NCBI GenBank assembly: GCA_001777915.1
Contig: MFFN01000007.1
Location: forward strand, 4,807-68,806
Length of the DNA stretch: 64,000 bases
Source of the DNA: Candidatus Edwardsbacteria bacterium RifOxyA12_full_54_48
GTDB lineage: Bacteria; Edwardsbacteria; AC1; EtOH8
Direction: 5' to 3'
Shown here: piece after piece, positions 1-8,580 of the stretch
Position numbering within the stretch: the stretch's first letter is position 1
Layout: each line of letters starts with the position of its first letter
Position numbers and translations under genes: made by a program
The notes under the pieces: model-generated
Told to the model about the DNA's origin: nothing
What the model saw: the letters and a program-made list of their open reading frames with translations, nothing else
The model's database searches: none

Positions 1-118
1 CTGGCCTATCATATCGCCTTGCTCCGGGGCTGCAATGTGGACCAGCCAAGAAATCTGGCCAAGAGCGTGACCGTGGAATAGAATGGGTTTGATCTTATAG
101 AATTTAACATAATGGCAG

Positions 119-3013
119 GTGAACATGAAAACAGACAAGAAAGCCTATGGCCGGTATCTGGGAGAGGAGACCTCCGCCAGATTTTTTGCCGGGAAACTTT
201 CCCAAAACGAAAAGGAACAGACATTGCGCCAGCTGTCCGAATTGACCCGGGTCTTTTGGTCCTATCTGCCGGGCGCGGCATTCAGGAGGCATGCCCAAAA
301 GCTCCATAGCGGGGCCAAGGTGGAGCAGGCCCTGCTGCTGGCCGATGTCACCGGCTTCACGGCGCTGTCCGAGAGGCTGTCCCGCATCGGACGGGAGGGG
401 GCCGAGGAGGTTACCGGTATCATCAACAGCTATTTTGCCCCGCTGATAAAGATCGTTCACAACTACGGCGGAGATGTGGTCTACTTCGGCGGCGACGCTT
501 TCAGCGCCGGCTTCGAGTCGGTGGAGGGCGAGCCCTCGCCCAGCCATCTCCGGGCTCTGCAGGCTGCTTTTGAGATGCAGGAGCTGGTCAAGAATTTTAC
601 CGAGATCAAGACCTCGTCCGGGGCCTTCCCCATCAGCCTGCACCTGGCCCTGCATTTCGGTCCCACCGAGATATTCAGCGTGGGCCGGCGCGATCTGGAC
701 CTGGAATATTTCATGGCCGGGCGGGTCACCAACTATGCCTCCCAGCTGGAGGACCTATCCTCCGGGGCAGAACTATTGATCAGCCGGGAACTTTATGATA
801 AGGCCAAGACCAAGATAACCGCCGAACCCGCCCAGGGCAATACTTATAAACTTGTCAAAGTGAACGAAAAAGTTGGCCATCTGGAAGCGGCCGGCCGGGA
901 GGAGACAGAGGATATCGAGCGGTCCATCGAGCATCTGGAAGCGATCCGCCCTTATTTCTCAAGCTGGCTGACACAAAGGATCATGGCCGATCCCAAATCC
1001 GGAGGCGTTGCCGGGGAGCATCGCCGGGTGACCATGCTGTTCCTGAACGTCTGGGGGGTGGATTTCGACGATGATCAACATGCCATTTCCAAGGCCCAGA
1101 ATTATTTCTCGGTCCTGCAGGAGGTGGTGGAGAGATATGGCGGGCTGGTCAACAAGGTGGATTTCAGTTCCCTGGGCCACAAGGTGCTGATTTTATTCGG
1201 GGCCCATATCGCCCACGAGAACGACGAGGAACGCGCCCTGCTGTGCGCTCTGGAGATGCTGGGTCGCGAGGAGTTCGGTTATGGCGGGGTCAAGCAAAAA
1301 TTCGGGGTCAACAGCGGCTATGTCTTCGCCGGAACGGTCGGCTCGGCCCTGCGCCGGGAGTTCACCGTGATGGGCGACGAGGTCAACCTGGCGGCCCGCC
1401 TGATGTCATCGGCCGGGGAGCAGGAACTGCTGGCCACCGCCGCCATCCAGCGGAAGAACTCGGGAAAATTCGGATTCAAAAACCTGGGCGAGAGGGAGTT
1501 CAAGGGCAAGAAGCACCCCATCACCATATATCAGGTAAGTAAAAGGGATGAAACCGGCGAGGATGTCTTTGCCAAGTGGATGACGGAATCCAAGGCCATG
1601 GTGGGCCGCCAGAAGGAAAAGGAACTGTTGAACAGCGCCGTGGAAAAAGGCATCTCCGGGCAGGGCCAGATAATATCGGTGGTGGGCGAGGCCGGCATCG
1701 GAAAATCCAGGCTGTCCCGGGAGCTGATCCAAAACTGGGCCGAGCGGGGGTACTCTTTCTTTGTGGGCAACTGCCAGTCCTACGGCGCGGCCATCTCCTA
1801 CCTGCCCTGGGCCGATCTGCTGAAGAGCTATCTGGGGATAAAGGAGGCCGACCCCATGGAGGCCAAGACATCCCGGATCCACAAAATGCTGGAGATCATC
1901 GACCCGGCTCTCAAGGAGTGGTCCCCGATCATCGGCGAGGTGGTGGGGGTGCCCATGCCGGAGAGCGAGCTGACCAAGTCGCTGGACGCCAAGCTCAGAC
2001 AGCAGAGATTATTCGACCTGGTGCTGGATATCTTCAGCTGGGGGGCGGCCCAGGAGCCGTTGCTGCTGATAATCGAGGACCTGCACTGGGCCGATGGGGC
2101 CTCGTTGGGGCTGCTGAACTACGTGGCCCGCAATATCGGCGACAAGCCCATAGTGCTGTGCCTAGTCTACCGGCCCATCGAGGTCAAGCACGAATTCGCC
2201 GGCAAGGAATACCACAGCCAGATGACCCTCAAGGAGCTGAGCCGGGAGGAGAGCCTGGAACTGGTGAAGACCCTGCTGGATATCCAAGGGATGCCGCCGG
2301 AACTGGAGCAGTTGATCCTGAAAAAATCCCAGGGCAACCCCTTCTTCGTGGAAGAGGTGGTCAAATCTCTGATCGAACAGGAAGTGGTAGCCGAGAAGGA
2401 CGGCCAGTGGCGGGTGGTCGCGACCGATATTGCCAAGATCAACATTCCGGACACCGTTCAGGGGGTGATCATGAGCCGCATCGACCGCCTGCCGGCCGAG
2501 ACCCGGGAGGTGCTTCAGATCTCTTCAGTGATAGGTCGCGAGTTCGACCAACATATTTTGCAGGCGATATATCCCAAGAAGGTCGAGATAAATCCCCACC
2601 TCAAAAGCCTGAGAGGCCTGGACCTGGTGCTGTCGGAGCAGGAGGGCAGCTATTACTTCAAGCACATCATGACCCAGGAGGTGGCCTACGACAGCCTGCC
2701 GTTCAGCCGCCGGCGGGAACTGCACAACAACATCGGCGACCATATAGAGCTTTCCAATGAGGACAAGATAGAAGAGGCTCTGGAACTATTGTCGCACCAT
2801 TACTTCCATGCCCAGAACTGGGAGCCGGCCTTCTTCTATTCGGTGGAGGCCGGGGACAAAGCCAAGAAAGCCTACGCCAACCAGGAGGCCCTGGCCCATT
2901 ACGACCGGGCACTGGAGGTGTTCGACAAGATGGTGGAGGCCGGGATGCTGCCCGAACTGACCCGCCGCATCCAGGAGGAGTTGAAGCAGAAGGAAGCGGA
3001 GGTGGCCAAGTAG
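119..3013 (+). CDS. Adenylate/guanylate cyclase fused to a STAND-type P-loop NTPase (two class III cyclase homology domains, NTPase, helical C-terminus)
   Basis: 964-aa ORF. Cyclase-like segments 'LLADVTGFTALSERL' and 'VTMLFLNVWGVDFDD ... FAGTVGSALRREFTVMGDEVNLAARL'. Walker A 'VVGEAGIGKSRLSRE'. GTG start at 119; ATG at 125 is an alternative. Confidence 0.75.
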   Translation: MNMKTDKKAYGRYLGEETSARFFAGKLSQNEKEQTLRQLSELTRVFWSYLPGAAFRRHAQKLHSGAKVEQALLLADVTGFTALSERLSRIGREGAEEVTGIINSYFAPLIKIVHNYGGDVVYFGGDAFSAGFESVEGEPSPSHLRALQAAFEMQELVKNFTEIKTSSGAFPISLHLALHFGPTEIFSVGRRDLDLEYFMAGRVTNYASQLEDLSSGAELLISRELYDKAKTKITAEPAQGNTYKLVKVNEKVGHLEAAGREETEDIERSIEHLEAIRPYFSSWLTQRIMADPKSGGVAGEHRRVTMLFLNVWGVDFDDDQHAISKAQNYFSVLQEVVERYGGLVNKVDFSSLGHKVLILFGAHIAHENDEERALLCALEMLGREEFGYGGVKQKFGVNSGYVFAGTVGSALRREFTVMGDEVNLAARLMSSAGEQELLATAAIQRKNSGKFGFKNLGEREFKGKKHPITIYQVSKRDETGEDVFAKWMTESKAMVGRQKEKELLNSAVEKGISGQGQIISVVGEAGIGKSRLSRELIQNWAERGYSFFVGNCQSYGAAISYLPWADLLKSYLGIKEADPMEAKTSRIHKMLEIIDPALKEWSPIIGEVVGVPMPESELTKSLDAKLRQQRLFDLVLDIFSWGAAQEPLLLIIEDLHWADGASLGLLNYVARNIGDKPIVLCLVYRPIEVKHEFAGKEYHSQMTLKELSREESLELVKTLLDIQGMPPELEQLILKKSQGNPFFVEEVVKSLIEQEVVAEKDGQWRVVATDIAKINIPDTVQGVIMSRIDRLPAETREVLQISSVIGREFDQHILQAIYPKKVEINPHLKSLRGLDLVLSEQEGSYYFKHIMTQEVAYDSLPFSRRRELHNNIGDHIELSNEDKIEEALELLSHHYFHAQNWEPAFFYSVEAGDKAKKAYANQEALAHYDRALEVFDKMVEAGMLPELTRRIQEELKQKEAEVAK

Positions 3014-3153
3014 GGCAGGCAAAAATATCCATATCCCAGGGCCTCTGGTCTAGCGGCAGGCAAAAAACATTGGTGATGACAATTACTTTGGCCGAACGGA
3101 GGCCCGTTCCCTAATTCGGCGAACCTGGCAAATCAAATTATGGGGCATAACTA

Positions 3154-4236
3154 TTGAAGCAAAAAGCCATTCTGGTCGGCAGTGTGCTGGGTCGGGCTAG
3201 CGTCTTTGAGGAAGAGGAATCTTTAAAGGAGTTGGCCCGTCTGGCGGATACCGCCGGGGCCTCGGTGATAGACCACCTGGTGCAAAGGCGGGTCCGTCCC
3301 GACGCCACCTATTTCATCGGCAAGGGCAAGGTGGAGGAGTTGGCGCTGGCCGTGGCTGACAGCCGGGCTGATCTGGTGATATTCGATCACAGCCTGACCC
3401 CCAGCCAGGCCTCCAATATACAGGCCCAGCTGGATTGCCGGGTGGTGGACCGGGCGGAGCTGATCATGGATATTTTTGCCAGGCAGGCCAAAAGCGCCGA
3501 ATCCAAGATCCAGGTGGAACTGGCCCAGCTGCAATACCGCTTCTCCCGTTTGGTGGGGGCCGGACTGGAGATGACCGACCCCGGGGCCGGGATCGGGACC
3601 AGGGGGCCGGGAGAGAAACAGTTGGAGCTGGACCGGCGAAAGATCAGGCATAGGATAGCCCGGCTCAAGCAGGAGCTTAAAAAGATAGAACAGCAGAGGA
3701 GGACCCAGCGAAAATCCCGGGCCGGTGTTTTCAAGATATCCCTGGTGGGATACACCAATGCCGGCAAATCCACCCTGATGAATCTGCTGTCCCGGGCCGG
3801 GGTCAAAGTGGAGGACCGGCTGTTCGCCACTTTGGATGCCACCACCCGGGCGGTGGTGCTGGCCTCGGGGGAAAAATTCCTGCTGACCGATACGGTGGGC
3901 TTCATCCGGCGCCTGCCCCATCAGCTGGTGGCCTCGTTCAAGGCCACCCTGGAGGAGGTCAACCAGGCCGACCTGGTGCTGCAGGTGGTGGACAGCCCCC
4001 ATCCCCTCTATCTTAAAGAGATCGCCGCGGTGGAGGAGGTGTTAAAGGAGATCAAGGCCGACCGTCCGGAGTTGTTGGTGTTCAACAAGACGGATCTGCT
4101 GGACCCGGATACCCTGGACGGCCTGCGGAGGAATTATCCCGGCGCGGCGTTCCTTTCCGCCCTGACCGGCGAGGGCCGCCGGGAGCTGGAGGACATGATT
4201 CGGCAAAGAATGGAATCTCCGGGATGGGGGGAATAA
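3154..4236 (+). CDS. hflX: GTPase HflX
   Basis: 360 aa. G-domain motifs 'ISLVGYTNAGKSTLMNLL' (G1) and 'LLTDTVGFIRRLPHQLVASFKATLEEV', characteristic of HflX. TTG start. Confidence 0.85.
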   Translation: MKQKAILVGSVLGRASVFEEEESLKELARLADTAGASVIDHLVQRRVRPDATYFIGKGKVEELALAVADSRADLVIFDHSLTPSQASNIQAQLDCRVVDRAELIMDIFARQAKSAESKIQVELAQLQYRFSRLVGAGLEMTDPGAGIGTRGPGEKQLELDRRKIRHRIARLKQELKKIEQQRRTQRKSRAGVFKISLVGYTNAGKSTLMNLLSRAGVKVEDRLFATLDATTRAVVLASGEKFLLTDTVGFIRRLPHQLVASFKATLEEVNQADLVLQVVDSPHPLYLKEIAAVEEVLKEIKADRPELLVFNKTDLLDPDTLDGLRRNYPGAAFLSALTGEGRRELEDMIRQRMESPGWGE

Positions 4237-4278
4237 AGGTTGCCAGGGGCGGGTATATACAGATGAAGGTCTTTTAAG

Positions 4279-5508
4279 ATGAAGGCTGCCGGGTTCTTGG
4301 GTAATTATTTCAAACTGACCGGACGTTTCTCCCGGAATGCCAAGCTGTATCTGCTGGCCACCTTTCTGATATCCGTCGGTTTCTCTTTCTATGGGGTTCT
4401 GTTCAATCTCTATCTGACCGAGGGAGGGCTGCAGGAGGGGATCATCGGCAGCATCCTTTCGCTAAGCGGGTTGGCTCTGGTCATCACCGCCATTCCGGCC
4501 GGTATCCTCTCCGACCGGCTGGGCCGGAAAAAAGCTATGATCATCGGCACCCTGTCCGGGGCCCTGCTGTCGATCTTCCGGGCTCTGACCGTGAACGGCC
4601 CGGGCCTTCTGTCCCTGAGTTTTTTGGGAGGGGTCGCCTCGACGCTCTATGTTCTGTCCGCCGCTCCCTTTATGATGGAGAGCAGCCGCCCGGAGGAGCG
4701 GACCCATCTCTTCTCGGCCTCGTTTGCGGTAATGCTGGCGGCCGGGATTGCCGGCAACCTTTTGGCCGGAGGGCTTCCCGGCTGGGTTAGGAATGTTTTT
4801 GGCGGCAGTACTTTCACGGCTTATCGTTTTTCTCTGCTATTGGGCTCCGGCATATTCCTTACCGCCCTGTGGCCGCTATTTAAAATATCCCAGACCCCAA
4901 TAATCAACGATAAATCTGGTCTGATCAGCCTTAAGCGCCTGGGGCAAGGGTTCAGGGCCGCCGGCGGGTTCGTCTGGTGCAACTTCTGGATCGGGCTGGG
5001 GGCGGGGCTGGTGATACCGTTCTTCAACCTGTATTTTGCCAAAAGATTCGGAGCCTCCAGCAGCCAGATCGGCCTGTATTTTTCGGTGTCCCAGATATTC
5101 ACCCTGGCGGCGGTGCTGGTGGGTCCGGCCCTGGCCAAGCGTTTCGGCAAGGTAAGGACCGTGGTTGTCATGGAGCTGCTATCACTGCCGTTCCTGATAA
5201 GCCTGGGGGCGGAAAAAATTCTTTACATTGCGGTGCTGTCCTTCTGGATGAGGGCCAGCCTGATGCAGATGTCCTCGCCCATCTCCTCGGCTTTTATGAT
5301 GGAGATAGTCCCGGATGATGCCAGGGCTACGGTCAACAGCATAGCTACCATGGCCTGGAACCTGTCCTGGACCTTCTCCACCGCTTTCTCGGGATGGGCC
5401 ATGCAGCGCTATGGCTACGCCATGCCATATTATCTTACGGCCGGCTGTTATGCGGTCTCGGCGGTATCTTTCTACCTGCTGTACAATAAAAAAGAGCCGG
5501 GAAGATAG
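4279..5508 (+). CDS. MFS family transporter
   Basis: 409 aa, about 12 predicted hydrophobic helices, MFS-like loop 'GILSDRLGRKKAM' between the first helices. Confidence 0.7.
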   Translation: MKAAGFLGNYFKLTGRFSRNAKLYLLATFLISVGFSFYGVLFNLYLTEGGLQEGIIGSILSLSGLALVITAIPAGILSDRLGRKKAMIIGTLSGALLSIFRALTVNGPGLLSLSFLGGVASTLYVLSAAPFMMESSRPEERTHLFSASFAVMLAAGIAGNLLAGGLPGWVRNVFGGSTFTAYRFSLLLGSGIFLTALWPLFKISQTPIINDKSGLISLKRLGQGFRAAGGFVWCNFWIGLGAGLVIPFFNLYFAKRFGASSSQIGLYFSVSQIFTLAAVLVGPALAKRFGKVRTVVVMELLSLPFLISLGAEKILYIAVLSFWMRASLMQMSSPISSAFMMEIVPDDARATVNSIATMAWNLSWTFSTAFSGWAMQRYGYAMPYYLTAGCYAVSAVSFYLLYNKKEPGR

Positions 5509-5520
5509 CGCCTTGATAAA

Positions 5521-6408
5521 ATGATACGGAAAGGGATCATGGATAAACCAAGCCTAGCAATAATCGGAGTCGGCAAGCTGGGAAGCACTCTGGCATTGGC
5601 CCTGTGGCAAAAGGGTTATCGCCTAAGCGGCCTGTCCGACATCGATCCGGCCAGGGTGGAGGAAACGGCCCGGGCGGTAAACCCGGCCGTATCAGACAGC
5701 GATCCCTCGGCTGCGACCCGGGGGGCGGAGATCGTGATCCTGGCGGTTCCCGATGACAGCGTAAAGGCCGTCTCCGATCAGCTGGCCTCCCGGCAGGCCC
5801 TGACCAAGGGACAGATACTATGCCACTGTTCGGGCTTTCTGCCGTCATCAGCCCTGGTGGCCAACAAGATGCTGGGGGCCTCCATTGCTTCAATGCATCC
5901 CCTGGCCAGCTTTCCCAGATGCTTGAGCCCCTGGGATCGTTTCAAGGGCATCTATTTCGGGATCGAGGGAGACGCCCTGGCCTTGGCAGGATTGAGGCCC
6001 TTGATAGAATCGCTGGACTGTTCTCCGGTGGATATACTGCCGTCCCGAAAGAATCTGTATCATCTCTCCAGCGTGATGGCTTCGAACTATCTGGTGGCCC
6101 TGATGTATGCCGCGGGCCAGATGATGGAAACGACGGTGGCCGATAAGGGAAAAACCGAAGCCATGCTCCAGAGCCTGGCCAGGACGGTGATTGACAGCCT
6201 GGGTGAGAACGGGTTGGAAAATTCACTAAGCGGGCCCATCGAGCGGGGCGATGTCCAAACGGTGACCGGGCATCTGGAGGCCCTGAAAAAAGATTTTCCC
6301 CAGGGGGCGGAGTTATACAAGGTCCTGGGAAGGTCGCTGCTCCGGATATCAAAACAGCGAAATCCCCAGGGAAGGGAATGGGCCGGCTGGGAGAAATTGC
6401 TGGATTAG
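5521..6408 (+). CDS. Rossmann-fold NAD(P)-binding protein, DUF2520/ProC-like family
   Basis: 295 aa. N-terminal dinucleotide-binding motif 'LAIIGVGKLGSTLALAL'; C-terminal 'SGPIERGD' typical of DUF2520-type proteins. Confidence 0.55.
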   Translation: MIRKGIMDKPSLAIIGVGKLGSTLALALWQKGYRLSGLSDIDPARVEETARAVNPAVSDSDPSAATRGAEIVILAVPDDSVKAVSDQLASRQALTKGQILCHCSGFLPSSALVANKMLGASIASMHPLASFPRCLSPWDRFKGIYFGIEGDALALAGLRPLIESLDCSPVDILPSRKNLYHLSSVMASNYLVALMYAAGQMMETTVADKGKTEAMLQSLARTVIDSLGENGLENSLSGPIERGDVQTVTGHLEALKKDFPQGAELYKVLGRSLLRISKQRNPQGREWAGWEKLLD

Positions 6409-6441
6409 CCAAAGATTATTGAATATTTTTAAGATTTTCTC

Positions 6442-6470
6442 TTGACTTTACATATATATCAATTTATAAT
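6442..6470 (+). promoter_or_regulatory. Consensus sigma-70-type promoter (TTGACT, 17 bp, TATAAT) upstream of the pstS-like gene
   Basis: TTGACT at 6442-6447, 17-nt spacer, TATAAT at 6465-6470, about 20 nt upstream of the ATG at 6491. Confidence 0.6.
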
Positions 6471-6490
6471 TGACATTCTGGTTAATTAAA

Positions 6491-7432
6491 ATGAAATATT
6501 TTATAAAATCGTGGCCTTACCTCGGTTTGGCCTTGTTGTCGCTATTCGGCTGCGGCCCCCAACAAAGCAAATCCGATGAGACCCAGACCGCCGGAAGGAT
6601 AGTGGTCAAGGGGGAGGATCTGGCCATCAGAATGATCAGGCGCGAAGCCCAGTCTTTTATGGCCCTGTACCCCAAATCCAATATCGCGGTTGATGAAGGC
6701 GGCTCCAAGGCGGCGATTGCAGCTCTCAACGAAGGCCGGGCCAGGATCGCGGTGATGAACCGCCCCATAACCCGCACCGAGGATTCCATAATCAAAACCA
6801 ACGGCGGCCTGGCCAAAGAATACAAGATAGCCTACGACGGGCTGGCGGTGATTGTCAATTCCCAAAATAAGATACAGCGGCTGGATTTTGAACAATTATC
6901 GGGGATATTTTCCGGAAGGATCACCAGCTGGCGCCGGTTGGGCGGCAAGATAGAAAACCTGGTCCCGGTGATCCCCGGACCCAATATGGGCCATTACGAA
7001 TACTTTCAGCAGCTGGTCATGGACGGCGGGGGATATGCCGCCAAAACATATCCCTGCACCACCACCGCCCAGATAGTCGAGCTGGTAAAGAATCATTCCA
7101 GCGCCATAGGACTGGTCTCCATGAGCGCCCTTTACCGTGATTGGGACGTATGGCCGCCGGTCAAGGAAACCGGAATAAAAGCCCTGGAGATAGCCCAGGT
7201 CAAGGAAAGCGGGTTTTTTTATCCCAATCAGAAAACGGTCCATGAAGGGAACTATCCTTTAAGCCACCCCCTGTATATGTATGTCAATGATGTTCTGGAG
7301 CAGACCTATTCCCAGGGGATGTCCAGCCTGGCCCACGGATTCATCACCTATATTTCTTCGGCCGAGGGGCAGAAGATAGCGGCCCAGCAGGGCTATGTGC
7401 CGGCCACCATGCCGGTGACCATCAAGAAATGA
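6491..7432 (+). CDS. PstS-family phosphate ABC transporter substrate-binding protein (periplasmic binding protein fold)
   Basis: Signal-peptide/lipobox-like N-terminus 'LALLSLFGCGPQQ'; PBP-like segment 'GGSKAAIAALNEGRARIAVMNRPI'. ATG at 6491 preferred over the TTG at 6470, which overlaps the -10 box. Confidence 0.6.
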   Translation: MKYFIKSWPYLGLALLSLFGCGPQQSKSDETQTAGRIVVKGEDLAIRMIRREAQSFMALYPKSNIAVDEGGSKAAIAALNEGRARIAVMNRPITRTEDSIIKTNGGLAKEYKIAYDGLAVIVNSQNKIQRLDFEQLSGIFSGRITSWRRLGGKIENLVPVIPGPNMGHYEYFQQLVMDGGGYAAKTYPCTTTAQIVELVKNHSSAIGLVSMSALYRDWDVWPPVKETGIKALEIAQVKESGFFYPNQKTVHEGNYPLSHPLYMYVNDVLEQTYSQGMSSLAHGFITYISSAEGQKIAAQQGYVPATMPVTIKK

Positions 7433-7478
7433 TACTATGAAACGGCGGGTATTAAATTAGATACCGGAGGTGGTTAAA

Positions 7479-8153
7479 ATGCACAAGTCTTTTTTGAAAT
7501 ATATTTACGCAATTCTTTCGTTATTATTATTTGTAGAATATATTCCGGCGCAGAATATTGAAAGGGACGAAACAGCAAATGGCGATGATTTATATCAAGA
7601 TACAATAAATATAAAAAAAATAAATAGCAACCTGAATAGTGAACAATATTATTACCCCCCCATGAAACACTTAATGTTGGAAATGGGAGGTAGTACAGTT
7701 GTGGGTACCCTGGGCACGATGGCCATTGGTTCAATAATACACCCTACTGAAAATGCGAATACAAATGGAGAGATATCTGATATTTATCAGCCTTTTGATA
7801 TCCCCATCATATATTGCACGATTTCTTCAATAACAGTGTATGTGGTTGGCAGATCATTAAAAACCAGAGGTTCTCTTGTTTGGTCCGTCGGTATGGCAAA
7901 CGTAATACCTCTGGGGATAATGTCATACGGTTACATAAGTGGTAAACCAGAAGATTATCGGCCAGCTGTTTATGTTTCAAGTATATTTGCACCCTTAATG
8001 GCAACTGTTGCCTATAATATTACAGCTGTGCAACAAAGCAAGAAGGACTTGAAGCATTCGTGTAATTCTACAATAAACACTTGTATTGCATGGAAGTCAA
8101 ATGATATAACAAAGAAAGCTAACCCCTATATAATTATTCAATATAATTTTTAA
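7479..8153 (+). CDS. Hypothetical membrane protein (signal peptide plus about 4 TM segments), AT-rich ORFan
   Basis: GGAGG at 7466-7470, 8 nt upstream of the ATG. N-terminus 'MHKSFLKYIYAILSLLLFVEYIPAQNIE' resembles that of the next ORF. AT-rich codon usage unlike the flanking genes. Confidence 0.5.
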   Translation: MHKSFLKYIYAILSLLLFVEYIPAQNIERDETANGDDLYQDTINIKKINSNLNSEQYYYPPMKHLMLEMGGSTVVGTLGTMAIGSIIHPTENANTNGEISDIYQPFDIPIIYCTISSITVYVVGRSLKTRGSLVWSVGMANVIPLGIMSYGYISGKPEDYRPAVYVSSIFAPLMATVAYNITAVQQSKKDLKHSCNSTINTCIAWKSNDITKKANPYIIIQYNF

Positions 8154-8202
8154 TTAGGATGATAGTTGTGAAAATTAAAAACAAATACAGGGGGAAGAAA
8201 AA

Positions 8203-8562
8203 ATGTGCAAGCCAGTATTAAAATATATGTGCATAGTTCTTTCACTGATATTGTTTGCGGGCTATTTGCCTGCGCAGGTTATTGAAAAAAGTCAAGTTGA
8301 TAGTATTGCTGATGCGCAAGCAGGTTCTGTTAAAATTGATGGAATAAAACAAAGCGATAACACTGCTAAAATGGAAGCCGAAAATGATAGTACTGCCAAG
8401 GCAGATACTATTAGCCAAAAAATAAGCGATAAAGAAAAAGAAGAATTGCGCAAGGAAAAGAAAAAGGCTTTGATTGGGTTGGCAATAGTGGGTGGTATAA
8501 TAGTGACATTTTTATTTCTCGGATATGTGGCCAGCGAGTTGGGTAGTGATGGACCACGCTAA
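8203..8562 (+). CDS. Hypothetical secreted/anchored protein with Lys/Glu-rich middle and C-terminal TM segment, AT-rich ORFan
   Basis: 119 aa. N-terminus 'MCKPVLKYMCIVLSLILFAGYLPAQVIE' is paralogous to the 7479 ORF signal region. C-terminal hydrophobic 'LIGLAIVGGIIVTFLFLGYVA'. Confidence 0.5.
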   Translation: MCKPVLKYMCIVLSLILFAGYLPAQVIEKSQVDSIADAQAGSVKIDGIKQSDNTAKMEAENDSTAKADTISQKISDKEKEELRKEKKKALIGLAIVGGIIVTFLFLGYVASELGSDGPR

Positions 8563-8580
8563 ACGATCAACTGTAACAAG

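Noticed and set aside
1-81. Possible 3' end of an upstream + strand CDS (frame 1 open from the window edge to a TAG at 79-81)
   Set aside because: Only 26 codons with no recognisable motif; cannot be supported from the window alone.
1576-2760. Long alternative-frame ORFs inside high-GC genes (e.g. 1576-2760 +, 3223-4002 -, 14125-14886 -, 28826-30007 -, 44509-46182 -, 49067-49963 -, 50270-51160 -, 54048-55100 -)
   Set aside because: They overlap well-supported genes, their translations are Arg/Pro/Gly-rich low-complexity sequence typical of out-of-frame reading of GC-rich DNA, and they lack recognisable motifs or RBSs.
6470-6490. TTG start at 6470 for the pstS-like gene, as given in the ORF track
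   Set aside because: It overlaps the -10 box of the consensus promoter at 6442-6470; the ATG at 6491 is downstream of the predicted transcription start.
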